From Savitreella phatthalungensis (Eukaryota): a DNA stretch of 64,000 nt. Shown one piece after another: positions 21,435-31,914 of this stretch. Numbering within the stretch: the first letter of the stretch is position 1; every line of letters starts with the position of its first letter. The position numbers and the translations under genes are program-made. The stretch is taken from assembly GCA_051599415.1 (NCBI GenBank), contig AP039690.1, positions 434,001-498,000 of the forward strand, written 5' to 3'. The notes below the pieces were generated by a model that ran no database searches, was not told where the DNA came from, and saw nothing but the letters and a program-made list of their open reading frames with translations.

Positions 21435-21454
21435 CCCTGTGACAATTGTTGCAA
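20876..21454 (-). pseudogene. Paralogous fragment(s) of the orphan membrane-protein gene on both arms of the inverted repeat (minus ORF 21454-20876; plus ORF 20813-21130)
   Basis: The minus ORF has WSFV...IFVVLPRYIDRSVETNITAELDSSAFDLHF versus WTFV...IFVVLPRYIFLGIVQYFTGVLHYSSTFDLHF in the 19096 gene. It starts at a non-ATG codon, and the arms differ by a frameshift. Confidence 0.5.
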
Positions 21455-21468
21455 CCTTGACGCTCTCT

Positions 21469-21680
21469 AGTTCACATCGCAATATGGACGAAGATCACGC
21501 TTCGTTTGCCTCTGTCATCAAGTGTCCTGCGTACCACAGAGAGCTGCCGGAGTCAAGATTCTCAAATGAAAGCCTGCTGGCTCGAGTTGCAATCGACGAT
21601 CCGCGCAATCCGACTGGTCAGATCAATCGAGATTTGAGATCTGGAAGAGGTCGAACTCTAAATCAATTGTGCGCAAGGTG
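21469..21680 (+). repeat. Diverged direct repeat, copy A'
   Basis: Colinear with 20539-20750 in the same orientation. Confidence 0.9.
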
Positions 21681-21876
21681 GGGCTCCTCCAAAATTCTCC
21701 GGTATTAAAGATGGTGCGAATGGATAATTTATATGAGTACTTTTATTAAGAACTGATCGAGTGCTACAAATACCGATGATCAGCACGTCCGCCGGTGGTC
21801 TACGTCGATGATGTCGAGGTCTGAATGGAAGATTCCCGCGAAGGACAATGTTAATGTAGCTAATGTCATGAGTGAA

Positions 21877-23298
21877 TCATCTCTCCACATCTGATGGAAC
21901 AGCGGCGAATAACGTAATCTTTGGTCGTCGTCCGCTTCTCTTCCAGTAGCTGTTTAGTTCGTCGCATTTGCCTTCACAACCGTAACACCGATCCACTTCT
22001 GAAAAATCTTCTTCTGTTGGATGCTTGAACAACCAATCTCCGAGTTCATCATTCATGATTGACCGGCTGTAAGTAGCCTTGTAAACAGTGTGTTCGGCAA
22101 AGGGCTCCGATTCAATTGCCTGATAGCGCATGACCCCCTGGCTGAGACTGCTGATGTCGTCGTTCGCCAGGAGGAATCGGCTAGCATGCAATCTGTAAAT
22201 TTTCCGAGTCTCGTACATATCCTCGGGGAACTCGACGATCTCGCTCGAGCGACCTGATCTTAAATCGGTTGAGGTTACAGGTACTGAAGCAACTGTCGTC
22301 GGAAAATCTGGGTCGACGAGATACACAGTTGATTCATACGATGGCGGCAAAGCTCCATCCTCAGCGTCCGAAAGACCACCATCGTGTAATCGTCTCGCGC
22401 AAAGGTAATAGCTGATGTCGCTTTGACAGGCCCATATCTCCGTAGCCCCCCTAATCCTCGCCATATCGAGCCAGGAAGCGTACCCGAAAGCGACCGCAGC
22501 CTGACGCTGCAGGCAGTCTTCCATTTTTTGTACTTTGAGACAGACGGATTTGTCCAATGGCGAAAGAACTTGTCCTGCACAGGAACCTGGTTCCGTACCA
22601 TCAGCATTCGTTGTTGATACGCTGACCTGCGCCGAGACGAAAGAACCTTTGATCGAGGCCTCTGGCAGCAGAATACCAATGAGCTGCGTCTGCCAGGGTG
22701 TGGCTGAGGAGGCCTGCGAGAGCGGCGAATGAATTGGTTCGAGATCCCTGTTCACGTAGCCTGACACGCCTTCGGTGTGGGACTCGATGCATGGTTCGCT
22801 GCGTAATTCCAGTTCAGTTCGTGTGAGCTTTGCCACCAGCCGACGACCTTGTTCTTGAAAGAGACAAACCTCGATCGGTTGTTCAGAGTCTGGACGTGGA
22901 CCATCTTCGGCCGCAGTCAACTCGAGCTCCGTCAAGCGCTCCTTCGAGCGTTCATATCGCTCCCGCCGGTCCGTTGTCATCAAGGGCCATACCGTCGAAA
23001 TCACGGTAATTTTGCCGATGTCGACCAGGTTTCCAATACTGCGATCATCCGGCCTCAGAATTTGCCCATGGTGAAAGTCTCGCCGAGGGCTCGTGTCTTT
23101 CGCAGGATCCCATAGTATTCGCCGTACATTAATCCTGAGGCTAGTCGTCGCAGACTTGTCGGAGGTTGCCAGAATGGCACCGAGCCTCGCGCTGACCGCA
23201 AAGTGAAATCCACGCAATTGCAGCGGTAATGGCACGTTGTTACCTGTGCTCAGGATCACATAGTCGCCGTCGCATAATTGTACCATCAATTTCCCCAT
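21877..23298 (-). CDS. Hypothetical orphan protein (~470 aa)
   Basis: Long uninterrupted ORF; first ATG at 23298, true start uncertain. No family recognised; C-terminal CYGCEGKC. Confidence 0.6.
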   Translation of the reverse strand: MGKLMVQLCDGDYVILSTGNNVPLPLQLRGFHFAVSARLGAILATSDKSATTSLRINVRRILWDPAKDTSPRRDFHHGQILRPDDRSIGNLVDIGKITVISTVWPLMTTDRRERYERSKERLTELELTAAEDGPRPDSEQPIEVCLFQEQGRRLVAKLTRTELELRSEPCIESHTEGVSGYVNRDLEPIHSPLSQASSATPWQTQLIGILLPEASIKGSFVSAQVSVSTTNADGTEPGSCAGQVLSPLDKSVCLKVQKMEDCLQRQAAVAFGYASWLDMARIRGATEIWACQSDISYYLCARRLHDGGLSDAEDGALPPSYESTVYLVDPDFPTTVASVPVTSTDLRSGRSSEIVEFPEDMYETRKIYRLHASRFLLANDDISSLSQGVMRYQAIESEPFAEHTVYKATYSRSIMNDELGDWLFKHPTEEDFSEVDRCYGCEGKCDELNSYWKRSGRRPKITLFAAVPSDVER

Positions 23299-23715
23299 CG
23301 GCGGCAATGTGTATGATAGTCCACGGTCTTGTTGATTACAGATAAAGTGTGCAAAGCAGTTAGCGGACTATGCTTTCAAGAGGACGAAAACATAGTCACG
23401 AAGTAGCGAAAGCAAATGAGAAATCGACGACCGGCATATTTTGCAGCTTGCTGACTGATGTCATAAGTGCGGTTCATTTTGCTTCAAATGGGTGGATGCG
23501 GTGGGTTTTAGCGAAGATCATGCAAATAACCGTTGAAAGCTTTGCTGGTTGTCGAGAAGCTCGGTTCGGACAGACATGCAATGGGCATTTGCAAACGAAT
23601 GAGCGGGGCAGTCCGGGTAGATATGCATGGCGCTGTCCATTTGCATATGTTGTATGAGAATGATATGTGTAGGACCAGATTTTGGGTCTGTTCTCCGCAT
23701 CTTGCAGCTAGAAGC

Positions 23716-25341
23716 TCACTGCAGCATACCGGCGACGGTCATCGAGATGCCATCGACTTCCGCGCGTTCTCGTGCTTCAGCGTATACTCTCACGCACGGT
23801 TCGGTTCCTGAGGGTCGGACGAATACTCTGGTCTCCTTGTACTTGGAACACAGCTCGTCGATTTTGTCTTGAATGCCCGGCGGTGAAATGAGCTTCCGCT
23901 CGGCGTCAGTGGTCTTGTAGATCGTCGGGTCAGCGACCACAACTCGGACTAGACGATTTGGTAGGTCCTTGTAGCACCCATCCCACTCATCAAGACCCCA
24001 GCCTTTGTTGGCCAAGATGACCTCGACGAGCAGCAGATCAGACAATGCGTCCCCGACGGTCTGGTTGATGAGGTCGACGAGTGCTCGGAGGGCGTCAAGC
24101 GCGGACTGCTGAGCTGGTGATTGCGCTTCGTGCGCCTGCAAGAGGGCGAGAGTCGAGTGAGAGAACAAGACGGTGCCGTGGCCGTTTGCCTCGAAGTAGA
24201 CGCCGACATCGAATCGCTGAGCAGCGTGGTGGAGATGCTTGACTCCAGTAGGCGTGCACGTGACCGGAACGCCGAGCGTCTTCTCGAGGTAGCTCGTGCT
24301 CGACCCGTTGGCATAAGCCGTCTGGACTACGCCGACGTTGATGTCAAGCCCACACTGCGCAATCAGATCCTTCAGGAACATTGCAGCCAGTGTAGCGATC
24401 TTGTCCCCGTCCAGCAAGTGAAACTTGCCATCTTTGCCATCTCCAGAAGGGTCGGTGTAGTAGTATACCAGCCGATCTGCATCTCCGTCGAACGATGCAC
24501 AACGTGCGCCAGCAGGTGCACTCGACGAGAGTGGTTGTCGTTGCTGTGTCTTGACAAAGTCTGCACCGCAGTCACGGTTTAATTTGGCTGGGTCATCAAT
24601 GTCGTCGTTGACAATCTCTAAAGAAAGCACATCGTCCCCGAGCACACGCTTGAATTCCCGAAGTTTCGGCGCGCCAACGCCATTTGCAGAGTCGACGTAG
24701 ACTTTGCTCGCTCTCGGCTTGCCCTTCATCAACGCATGGAAGGCAGCCGCCAGCTTCTCATAGTAGCCTTTTTCCGTTGGCTCGCCGTATGAGGCCGGTG
24801 TGTTCTCTGTATTGACGCATCGGACAAGATAGTGCAGTTGCGGAGTTGTCTTGAGGCCAAAATCTTTGGACGATGCATCCAACGCATTCAGGCCATCTTT
24901 CAGAGCTACTGCTAGCGATTTTGACGACGGTCGTGTATCTACTGCATAGATGACATTCGCCTCGACTGCTTCGATGTCGATCTTGTGTCGTTCAACAACA
25001 TGCTGGAGTGCATGGATTACAGCGTCATCATCCTGGGCATTTGCGAGTGCAGTGGCGTAGGCCTCCCAAGACTGCTCCATCATATCACCTTGAGGATCGA
25101 CAATTTTGACGCCATTGTCTTCTGCCGGATTGTGTGAAGCTGTGATCATGACGCCAATGACTTGTCCATGAAGCTTTTTGGATCTCAGTGCAGCAAGCAA
25201 GCCGACCCGGAAGACGACACTGTCTAGAAGGGAGGCTTTTGTGCGGAATCCAGCTGTACCGTACGCGAATGTAGTCCCCTTAGGCTTGGCGTGAGCAGAA
25301 GAAGCAGCCTTAACCTTTTCGTGCCATGCATCAGATGTCAT
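23716..25341 (-). CDS. PCM1: Phosphoacetylglucosamine mutase
   Basis: YGTAGFR, TASHNP (catalytic Ser), DGDADR, YFEANGHG and FVRPSGTE; ATG at 25341. Confidence 0.96.
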   Translation of the reverse strand: MTSDAWHEKVKAASSAHAKPKGTTFAYGTAGFRTKASLLDSVVFRVGLLAALRSKKLHGQVIGVMITASHNPAEDNGVKIVDPQGDMMEQSWEAYATALANAQDDDAVIHALQHVVERHKIDIEAVEANVIYAVDTRPSSKSLAVALKDGLNALDASSKDFGLKTTPQLHYLVRCVNTENTPASYGEPTEKGYYEKLAAAFHALMKGKPRASKVYVDSANGVGAPKLREFKRVLGDDVLSLEIVNDDIDDPAKLNRDCGADFVKTQQRQPLSSSAPAGARCASFDGDADRLVYYYTDPSGDGKDGKFHLLDGDKIATLAAMFLKDLIAQCGLDINVGVVQTAYANGSSTSYLEKTLGVPVTCTPTGVKHLHHAAQRFDVGVYFEANGHGTVLFSHSTLALLQAHEAQSPAQQSALDALRALVDLINQTVGDALSDLLLVEVILANKGWGLDEWDGCYKDLPNRLVRVVVADPTIYKTTDAERKLISPPGIQDKIDELCSKYKETRVFVRPSGTEPCVRVYAEARERAEVDGISMTVAGMLQ

Positions 25342-26131
25342 TTTGGGTGGATATAAGACTTCGCGGAGCCTCAGAAGTCTACTGATAGTGTATAAAGGGA
25401 GGAGAAAGAAGGAAGCAGGCTTAAGAGGACCGACTGAGTGGGTTTCGATCAATCGTAATGTGGTAACCGAGGTCAGATGATGTCAGATGATGTTCGGTCT
25501 TGACCGAGTCTGTGCGTATCGAGTACAAAAGCGTATCGAAGCTTCCGATGAATGATCTAGATAGAAGCTGGGATCTGACTGTCTGAGAATGAGGCTGAGG
25601 ATGAGGTTGAGGACGAGGTTGTTGTTGGGGTTACAGTCTACCTTGTGGGATGGGGCTGATTTGTGTTATCTGTGCATATTGGCATGTATCCAACGTCAGA
25701 TGCATGCATGTGATTAAATTTGATTTTGACCTTCAATGCAATCAATCATTCATTCATTCATTCATCGATCATTCACTTTCAACTCTCTTGTCGACAACAC
25801 ATCAACATATATCCACATATACTGCATGTATATCCACACATCCACGTCAACGTCAACATCAACATCTGCAGCACGGTTGAGTCAGCCTTAGCGACTACTT
25901 CTACCACTCTTTGAAGGTCACGCTCATTCCTACGCAGTTAATAAGAGTCTTTGGTAGTGGTATTGCATCAATCATCAACTCTATCACAGTTGGGTCAAGT
26001 ACCTAAAGCAAAGGCACGTCTGGTCAACTCATCAGCCTAGCGTGCAACGCAAATAAGCACTGCTGCAACTTCTTCTCCATTCAACGATCAGAACGAGCAC
26101 ATTGGATTCGACCTTAACACGCTGAGTTATC

Positions 26132-28213
26132 ATGACGAGCTCATCATCCTTACTCAAGAATGTGCCAGAGTTCATTGAGACAGACCTTTCAGAATGTCTG
26201 TATGCTCGTTCAGAAGGCATGGCATCATTCAAAGAGCTAGGACCTCCAGATCTGGTTCATCTGAGCAAATCCTCTGGTAGACCAGGCCAAAAGGATACAG
26301 GCTCATATCACTTTGTCACCGGTGTGGATGCATCCTCCTCTGCATCCCTCGCAGCATATCTCAACACCCTCACCTACGCCCTTGGAGAGGGCAAGTACAG
26401 CGGCAAAAGCACAGGTACTGCAGGCTGGAGAATATCCACAGGCGTCTACTGCTGCTACAATGCTCTTTCTCGAGTCGATATGCGCGTCGAGGTCAAATTC
26501 CCTGGAAAGACGGAGACGTACTTTGTCGATGAGCGTGGTCAGAAGAAGGACAATCCGCCAGCAGAACTCTGGCTAGAGACCTATCTCTGTGCCACCGTCA
26601 GAGCTCTCCTCTACTCCGATGATCCCCATTACAGGCTGAACGGCTGGCGAAAGCTTCAGCCTTTACCAGATATCGACGCGGAGAATCGCTTCCTCGACGC
26701 TGCAGCAAGATTGTTCGAGGCAGGTTGGCAACTAGGCAGTGATCCGGACGTTCAGATCGCTACCACAGTCACTAATCACCTTTGCTCAGCACTACATGAA
26801 TATTTCTCCTACAGCGGCCGATGGACGAGTGCTATCAACTTCTTTGAGAAGCTCAGACCAACTCACCCGCAAGTCGTCTCGCTTCTCGTCCGCATCTATG
26901 TTGAGGCCGATGAAGAGATCAAGGCGATCGAGCTCCTGACAGATTCCCTCCTGGAGGATCCACTTGATCACGTGCTTCTCGATGTCGAATGCGATCTGCT
27001 CATGAAGAAGGAGCGATACGACCTCGCGTTGCAAGTTGCTCAGCGTGCTGTCAATTGTGCACCTTCCGAATTCCAGTCCTGGGCTCGCCTGACAGAGGTC
27101 TACATCGCCCTGGACCAATACGAGCAGGCTCTGTTGACTTTGAACTCCTGCCCGATGTTCACCTACTACGACAAGGACAGCTACAGAATTCCAGCAGCTC
27201 GCACAGCGAGCTTCCCGATCCCAGCAGAGGCCAATGATGAGGAAATTTTGAATGATACCCTGTCGACCGGATCAGAAACAGCCGATCAGAACCTGCTTCG
27301 TTTACCTGCTCCAGCATTGCGCGGCACATTCTCACGGGCCTATGCGCTACTCGCGAAGCTCGCCAACAAGATCGGATGGGATGAGTTGCTTCGCGCACGA
27401 TCCCTGGTATTTGTGATGGAGGAAGAATACCGCAGTCAGCGCGCTGGCGCGCCGAAAGAAGAGGCCGAGCAGGAGCCAAGCATGACCCACGACACTGAGA
27501 CCACCACTCCGTCCGAGACTGGAGTTACACCTGCTGAGTCTGAATCGATGCAAGCGCCACCTGCAGCAGTGACTGCGCCGAAGCATGACACATCAGATGG
27601 CGCCGACGACACTGTCATCGCATCATCAGAAGACAAATTGACCAATGGCAAATCTGACGACGAACCATCCCACGAGCGGAATGGCGCCTCTCATCCCTTT
27701 GACAACAAACGGCTTTGTGAACGGTGGCTTGACAACCTTTTCATGGTATTGTACGAGGACTTGCGAGTGTACACGGTGTGGCGGGCTGAGGTGAATCACT
27801 TCCGGTCGCAGAACCTGGTGTACCGCAAATCTGCGCTTGAATGGGAGATCTTTGGTGAGTTGTCACTCCGCCTTCACCACCTCCCTGAAGCTGAGGAGGC
27901 CCTGCTCCAGTGTGTCGGCCAGCAGTTCTCATCACGCGCATGGCGAGGTCTCCTGAACGCCTACCTCGCCAAGAACGAGATCGACAACGCCCTCACCTGC
28001 GTCGTCAAGCTGACAACCTACAACTGGCGCTGGTACGCTGACTTCTCACCACTGCTCTTCAAATCCGCGCGTAACCTCGTTGACCAAGATGGACTCGTCA
28101 AGGTACAAAACCTCATCGCCGCAAAACCACTCCCAAAACAGGCACTCGACCTCATGAACAAGTATTTCAGCTTCTGTAGAACATTCGACGTAGAAGGCGC
28201 TCGTGCCGGCTAA
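26132..28213 (+). CDS. BCH1: ChAPs-family exomer cargo adaptor (Bch1/Bud7-like)
   Basis: ELGPPDLVHL, GVDASSSASLAAY, ALLTLNSCPM, GWDELLRARSLVFVMEEEY and KRLCERWLDNLFMVLYEDLR. Confidence 0.92.
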   Translation: MTSSSSLLKNVPEFIETDLSECLYARSEGMASFKELGPPDLVHLSKSSGRPGQKDTGSYHFVTGVDASSSASLAAYLNTLTYALGEGKYSGKSTGTAGWRISTGVYCCYNALSRVDMRVEVKFPGKTETYFVDERGQKKDNPPAELWLETYLCATVRALLYSDDPHYRLNGWRKLQPLPDIDAENRFLDAAARLFEAGWQLGSDPDVQIATTVTNHLCSALHEYFSYSGRWTSAINFFEKLRPTHPQVVSLLVRIYVEADEEIKAIELLTDSLLEDPLDHVLLDVECDLLMKKERYDLALQVAQRAVNCAPSEFQSWARLTEVYIALDQYEQALLTLNSCPMFTYYDKDSYRIPAARTASFPIPAEANDEEILNDTLSTGSETADQNLLRLPAPALRGTFSRAYALLAKLANKIGWDELLRARSLVFVMEEEYRSQRAGAPKEEAEQEPSMTHDTETTTPSETGVTPAESESMQAPPAAVTAPKHDTSDGADDTVIASSEDKLTNGKSDDEPSHERNGASHPFDNKRLCERWLDNLFMVLYEDLRVYTVWRAEVNHFRSQNLVYRKSALEWEIFGELSLRLHHLPEAEEALLQCVGQQFSSRAWRGLLNAYLAKNEIDNALTCVVKLTTYNWRWYADFSPLLFKSARNLVDQDGLVKVQNLIAAKPLPKQALDLMNKYFSFCRTFDVEGARAG

Positions 28214-28377
28214 CTTAGACACAGTGCGTTCCGATGGTAGGCAGCTTGTCCATCATGAAAAGTAATCGACATTTTCCAGAGTCTTCCAGCATGTACTATC
28301 ACGACATGCTGCTATGTACAGGGATCCTATCTCGTTGCATGTGGATGCGCGTATGCACGTATGAGAGATAGATCTTT

Positions 28378-31300
28378 TCAGGAGGCGTAGACGACGGACG
28401 TGTTGTCGACGAACTTTGTCCTGAGCAATCGATTTGCGTTGGTGAACATGCCTTCTTTGAGAGAGACGACGATGAATTGGGCGGCTGCGAATCGCTGCTT
28501 GATTGTGGCTCCAATATTCTGGGTGTGTGAGAGGTCGAGTGCGGCGTCTACTTCGTCAAGGATGTACACTGGTGCTGGCTTGTACTGGAGCAGTGACATG
28601 ATGAGCGATAGCGCGATCAGCGACCTCTGCCCACCACTCAGCTCCGTCAACGAAGCCTTCCACACACCACCCAAGCACACCCTCACCTCCAATCCCTCCG
28701 ACAGCGGCTTTCCTTCCTGCGGCTCCAGCTTCGCAGTGTTGCCGCCGGGCAGGAGGCTGTTGAAGATGTTTCCAAAGTCGGTCGTTACTGTGCGCCAGGT
28801 CTTCTCGAGCGCCTCGACCTTGTAGGTATCTAGGGAGATGATTGTCTCTTGGATTTTGTCCTTGTCGCGGTGGATCGTGCGGACCATGGTCCTCAGGGCT
28901 GCTTCCTTCTTCTCGACGCCGTCGATCATCGACATGACCTTGGCGTTCACTCGCCGCTTCATCTGGCCGAATCGCTCCTGTAGCTTCTTCAGCTGCATTC
29001 GCGCCTGCCCGACATCCGTCCGAGACCAGTCGTAGATGCTTCCCGGCTTGCCAAAGTCAGCGCGGACGGCGTCATCGTCAAGCCAGTCCGCATTGTCCTT
29101 GTGGAGTTGCTGGAGCGTTGCACGTGCTGTTGCTAGTTCCTTAGAGAATGTCTCGATCTCATGGCGGAGTTGCTGGACGTCAAGTGCAGCGTCCGCTTTC
29201 GCCTGCTGCTTCTTCCCCCGAGTCTCCTCGAGAGACTTGATCTCAGCCTCGAATCCGGACATCTTTGCCCGCTCGTCGGCAAGCTGTGCGTCTAGGTCAG
29301 CTTGTTGAGAGACGAGGTGCCCGTGCTGTTCCCTGGTGGAGAGCAGTTCTGCTTGAGCAGCGTCTAGAGTTTGTGTGGCCTCTTCCAGCTGTTCTCGAGC
29401 GACGCTCAGGTCGCCGCCGAGCTGCTCGACGTCCATTTGCGCGGCGTTGTAGGACTGCTGTGCCTGTCTGAATGCTTGCTGGAGTGGAGCCAGAGCCTTC
29501 TTCAACTTGTCCACGTCCTTTTGCAGCGCTATAAGCTTACCGTCTTTGTTGTTCTTAAATTCGGCTTCATCGCGTTCGGCCTGAGCGACGTCACGCTTTG
29601 CGTCGTCAAATGCTAGCTTCGCCGTTGCGATGGCCTCACGTTGAAGGACGAGATCGGCCTTCATCTCCTCGACCCCCTTGATGATTCGGGAGTCGGCATT
29701 GTTGGCGATCCGGTCTTCGTTCAGCTTGATCTCGTGGTTGGCGAGGTCGAGTCGCTGCTGGAGATCTTGTGCCTTTGATGCACGTGCTTTGTCCTGGGCG
29801 AGCGTGGCGTCGATCTGAGACAATTCCGTTCGAGCTGCCTCTAGCTGTGACTTGACGCCAGACAGCTTCTGCAGGGTGACAAGAACGCCAGATGACTGTG
29901 GTTTCGATCCACCGCTCAACGTGCCACTTGGATCGTAGACGTCACCTTCCAGCGTGACACTCTTCAGACGGACATCTGCCGCAAAGGTGACCCTTTTGGC
30001 TGTTTCTGCATCTGCGCACACAAGCGTTGAGCCGAAGACGTACTCCATCGCCTTTGCCACTTCGTCGTCGTAACCAACGAGGCTGAGAGCGAGATCGACT
30101 TTGCCAGGGGCAAGTTTTTGAGCTGCACCAATCCTATCGGCTGTCGCTTTGAAGGCCGAGATCTTGTTGAGCGGGATGATGGTGACGCGCTTGCGGAGCT
30201 TGCCACCTGACAGCAACTGTGAGCCGACACGCTCGTTATCGACAACGACGTTGTAGAGACGACCGCCAGCACAGATCTCGAGCGCTGTAGCTGCCCCGAA
30301 ATGCTTCTCATCGAGCGTGAAGAGCTGTGCAACGACGCCTTTCACCTGCGATCGGTCAAAGTTCGGCGTCGGATCTGTGTAGGTGAAATCGAGGTTGGCG
30401 ACCTTCCGACGGAGCCCTTCAGCCTGTTCGGACAGATCGCGAACCTGCCAACGAAGTTCATCTCGACGAGCAGTCGAGTTTTTCGTCTGTGTTGTGTCAA
30501 TGCCCATGCCTGAAAGCTCGCCCTCAAGTTTTGCCGCTGCAAGTCGTGCCTGTTCGAGACCCTTTTGGAGAGACTTGTTTTGTGCGAGTGCCTTCTTGAC
30601 GCGCGGCTCATCCTCTTTCAGCTTTTTTTCGTAGTGAGCGATCTTGAGCTTCGCTTGCTCTTGCTGTGTGGTGGCTGCAGTCATGCGCTTGCGAGCTTCA
30701 TTCAGAACCTCGGCATAGCCTGATTCCTGCCCATCGCGGGTAGAGAATCCGGTGGCGAGGGATTGGAGGAGCTCTTCTTTTCTGTTGTACTCTGTCGTCT
30801 TGGCCTCATGCTCACCCTTGAGCTTGTCGAACTTGGTCTGCAATGCAGCAAACTCAGCTTGCTGACGCTGGAGCGTTGCCGTGATATCGTGTACTGACTG
30901 CTGAGCGGCGTCCCGCGCAGCCATGTCTTCTTTGAGAGATCCCTGCTTGAGCTCGAGGTTGGTTGCTAGTCGGACAATCTCGTGTGATACCTCCTTTGCC
31001 TGCTTCTCAAGCTTGGCGAATGCTCCTCCCTTGCGCATCTCCCGGTCACGTCTTTCTGTTGTCTCCTTGAGATCATTGTCGATGTACTGCATTTCTTTGT
31101 CCATGCGCGCCTGCGCTGCGATGAGGTCCTCGACACGCTGCTTCTTCTCATCGAGCTCTGCGCCTGACCGTTCAAGCTTGGCTGTCAACTTCGTGTAGTC
31201 ATGAGCGACAATGAGTTTCGTGCCCCGCTCGACCTCGCTCTGGACTTGCTGAAACTCGAGGAAATCGCGCTTCTCGTTCCGCAATTTTTCAAGCTTCGGC

Positions 31301-31914
31301 TCGATTTCCTCCTTCAGCAGAGCGTTGATCTCAAGCACTTTCGCCTCCTTCTTTGCGATGTTCCGAATGGCTTTGTCCTTCTTGTCTTCAAACATCCGCG
31401 TACCGGCTGCCTCTTCGATCATCGAGAGTGTTTCCATCGGCTTCATGTTGAGCACTTTGGTGATGCGTCCCTGCATGATAAGGAAGTTCGGGTTGTTGAT
31501 GTTGAGCTGGACACTCTGGAAGAGGTTCTGGACTGTCTGTTGTTGTGCGCGGTGTCCGTTGATGAGGTATTTGGATGTGCCGCCCATGACGATCTGCCGT
31601 GTGACGGAGATGATTGGAAAATCTGAGGAGAGGAATCCGACAGGTGCAGTCTTTGGATCATCATTTGCGAAGACGATCGTGACACTGGCCTTTGTGACGC
31701 CTGCCTGACCACGTTTGTAGATTAGGTCTTGTAGATTCTGTGCGCGAAGTGTGGTCATGTTGGTGATGCCGAGGACAAAGCAGATAGCATCAAGGATGTT
31801 TGATTTTCCTGAGCCGTTGAGACCCGTGATAGCTGTGAAGGTAGGGTCAAATTTGACCTCTGTTCTGACGGCATACGACTTGAAGCCGTCAATGACGAGC
31901 GAGTCGATACGCAT
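28378..31914 (-). CDS. SMC2: Condensin SMC subunit 2 (Cut14)
   Basis: Walker A GLNGSGKS, QDLIYKRGQAGVTKASV, hinge (GGRLYNVVV, TLEGDVYDPSGTLSGG), LSGGQ signature and ILDEVDAALD. Confidence 0.98.
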   Translation of the reverse strand: MRIDSLVIDGFKSYAVRTEVKFDPTFTAITGLNGSGKSNILDAICFVLGITNMTTLRAQNLQDLIYKRGQAGVTKASVTIVFANDDPKTAPVGFLSSDFPIISVTRQIVMGGTSKYLINGHRAQQQTVQNLFQSVQLNINNPNFLIMQGRITKVLNMKPMETLSMIEEAAGTRMFEDKKDKAIRNIAKKEAKVLEINALLKEEIEPKLEKLRNEKRDFLEFQQVQSEVERGTKLIVAHDYTKLTAKLERSGAELDEKKQRVEDLIAAQARMDKEMQYIDNDLKETTERRDREMRKGGAFAKLEKQAKEVSHEIVRLATNLELKQGSLKEDMAARDAAQQSVHDITATLQRQQAEFAALQTKFDKLKGEHEAKTTEYNRKEELLQSLATGFSTRDGQESGYAEVLNEARKRMTAATTQQEQAKLKIAHYEKKLKEDEPRVKKALAQNKSLQKGLEQARLAAAKLEGELSGMGIDTTQTKNSTARRDELRWQVRDLSEQAEGLRRKVANLDFTYTDPTPNFDRSQVKGVVAQLFTLDEKHFGAATALEICAGGRLYNVVVDNERVGSQLLSGGKLRKRVTIIPLNKISAFKATADRIGAAQKLAPGKVDLALSLVGYDDEVAKAMEYVFGSTLVCADAETAKRVTFAADVRLKSVTLEGDVYDPSGTLSGGSKPQSSGVLVTLQKLSGVKSQLEAARTELSQIDATLAQDKARASKAQDLQQRLDLANHEIKLNEDRIANNADSRIIKGVEEMKADLVLQREAIATAKLAFDDAKRDVAQAERDEAEFKNNKDGKLIALQKDVDKLKKALAPLQQAFRQAQQSYNAAQMDVEQLGGDLSVAREQLEEATQTLDAAQAELLSTREQHGHLVSQQADLDAQLADERAKMSGFEAEIKSLEETRGKKQQAKADAALDVQQLRHEIETFSKELATARATLQQLHKDNADWLDDDAVRADFGKPGSIYDWSRTDVGQARMQLKKLQERFGQMKRRVNAKVMSMIDGVEKKEAALRTMVRTIHRDKDKIQETIISLDTYKVEALEKTWRTVTTDFGNIFNSLLPGGNTAKLEPQEGKPLSEGLEVRVCLGGVWKASLTELSGGQRSLIALSLIMSLLQYKPAPVYILDEVDAALDLSHTQNIGATIKQRFAAAQFIVVSLKEGMFTNANRLLRTKFVDNTSVVYAS

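Noticed and set aside
20539..21680. Repeat complex as a CRISPR array or an intact transposon
   Set aside because: Eukaryotic context, no regular repeat-spacer units, and no transposase/RT ORF or evident target-site duplication.
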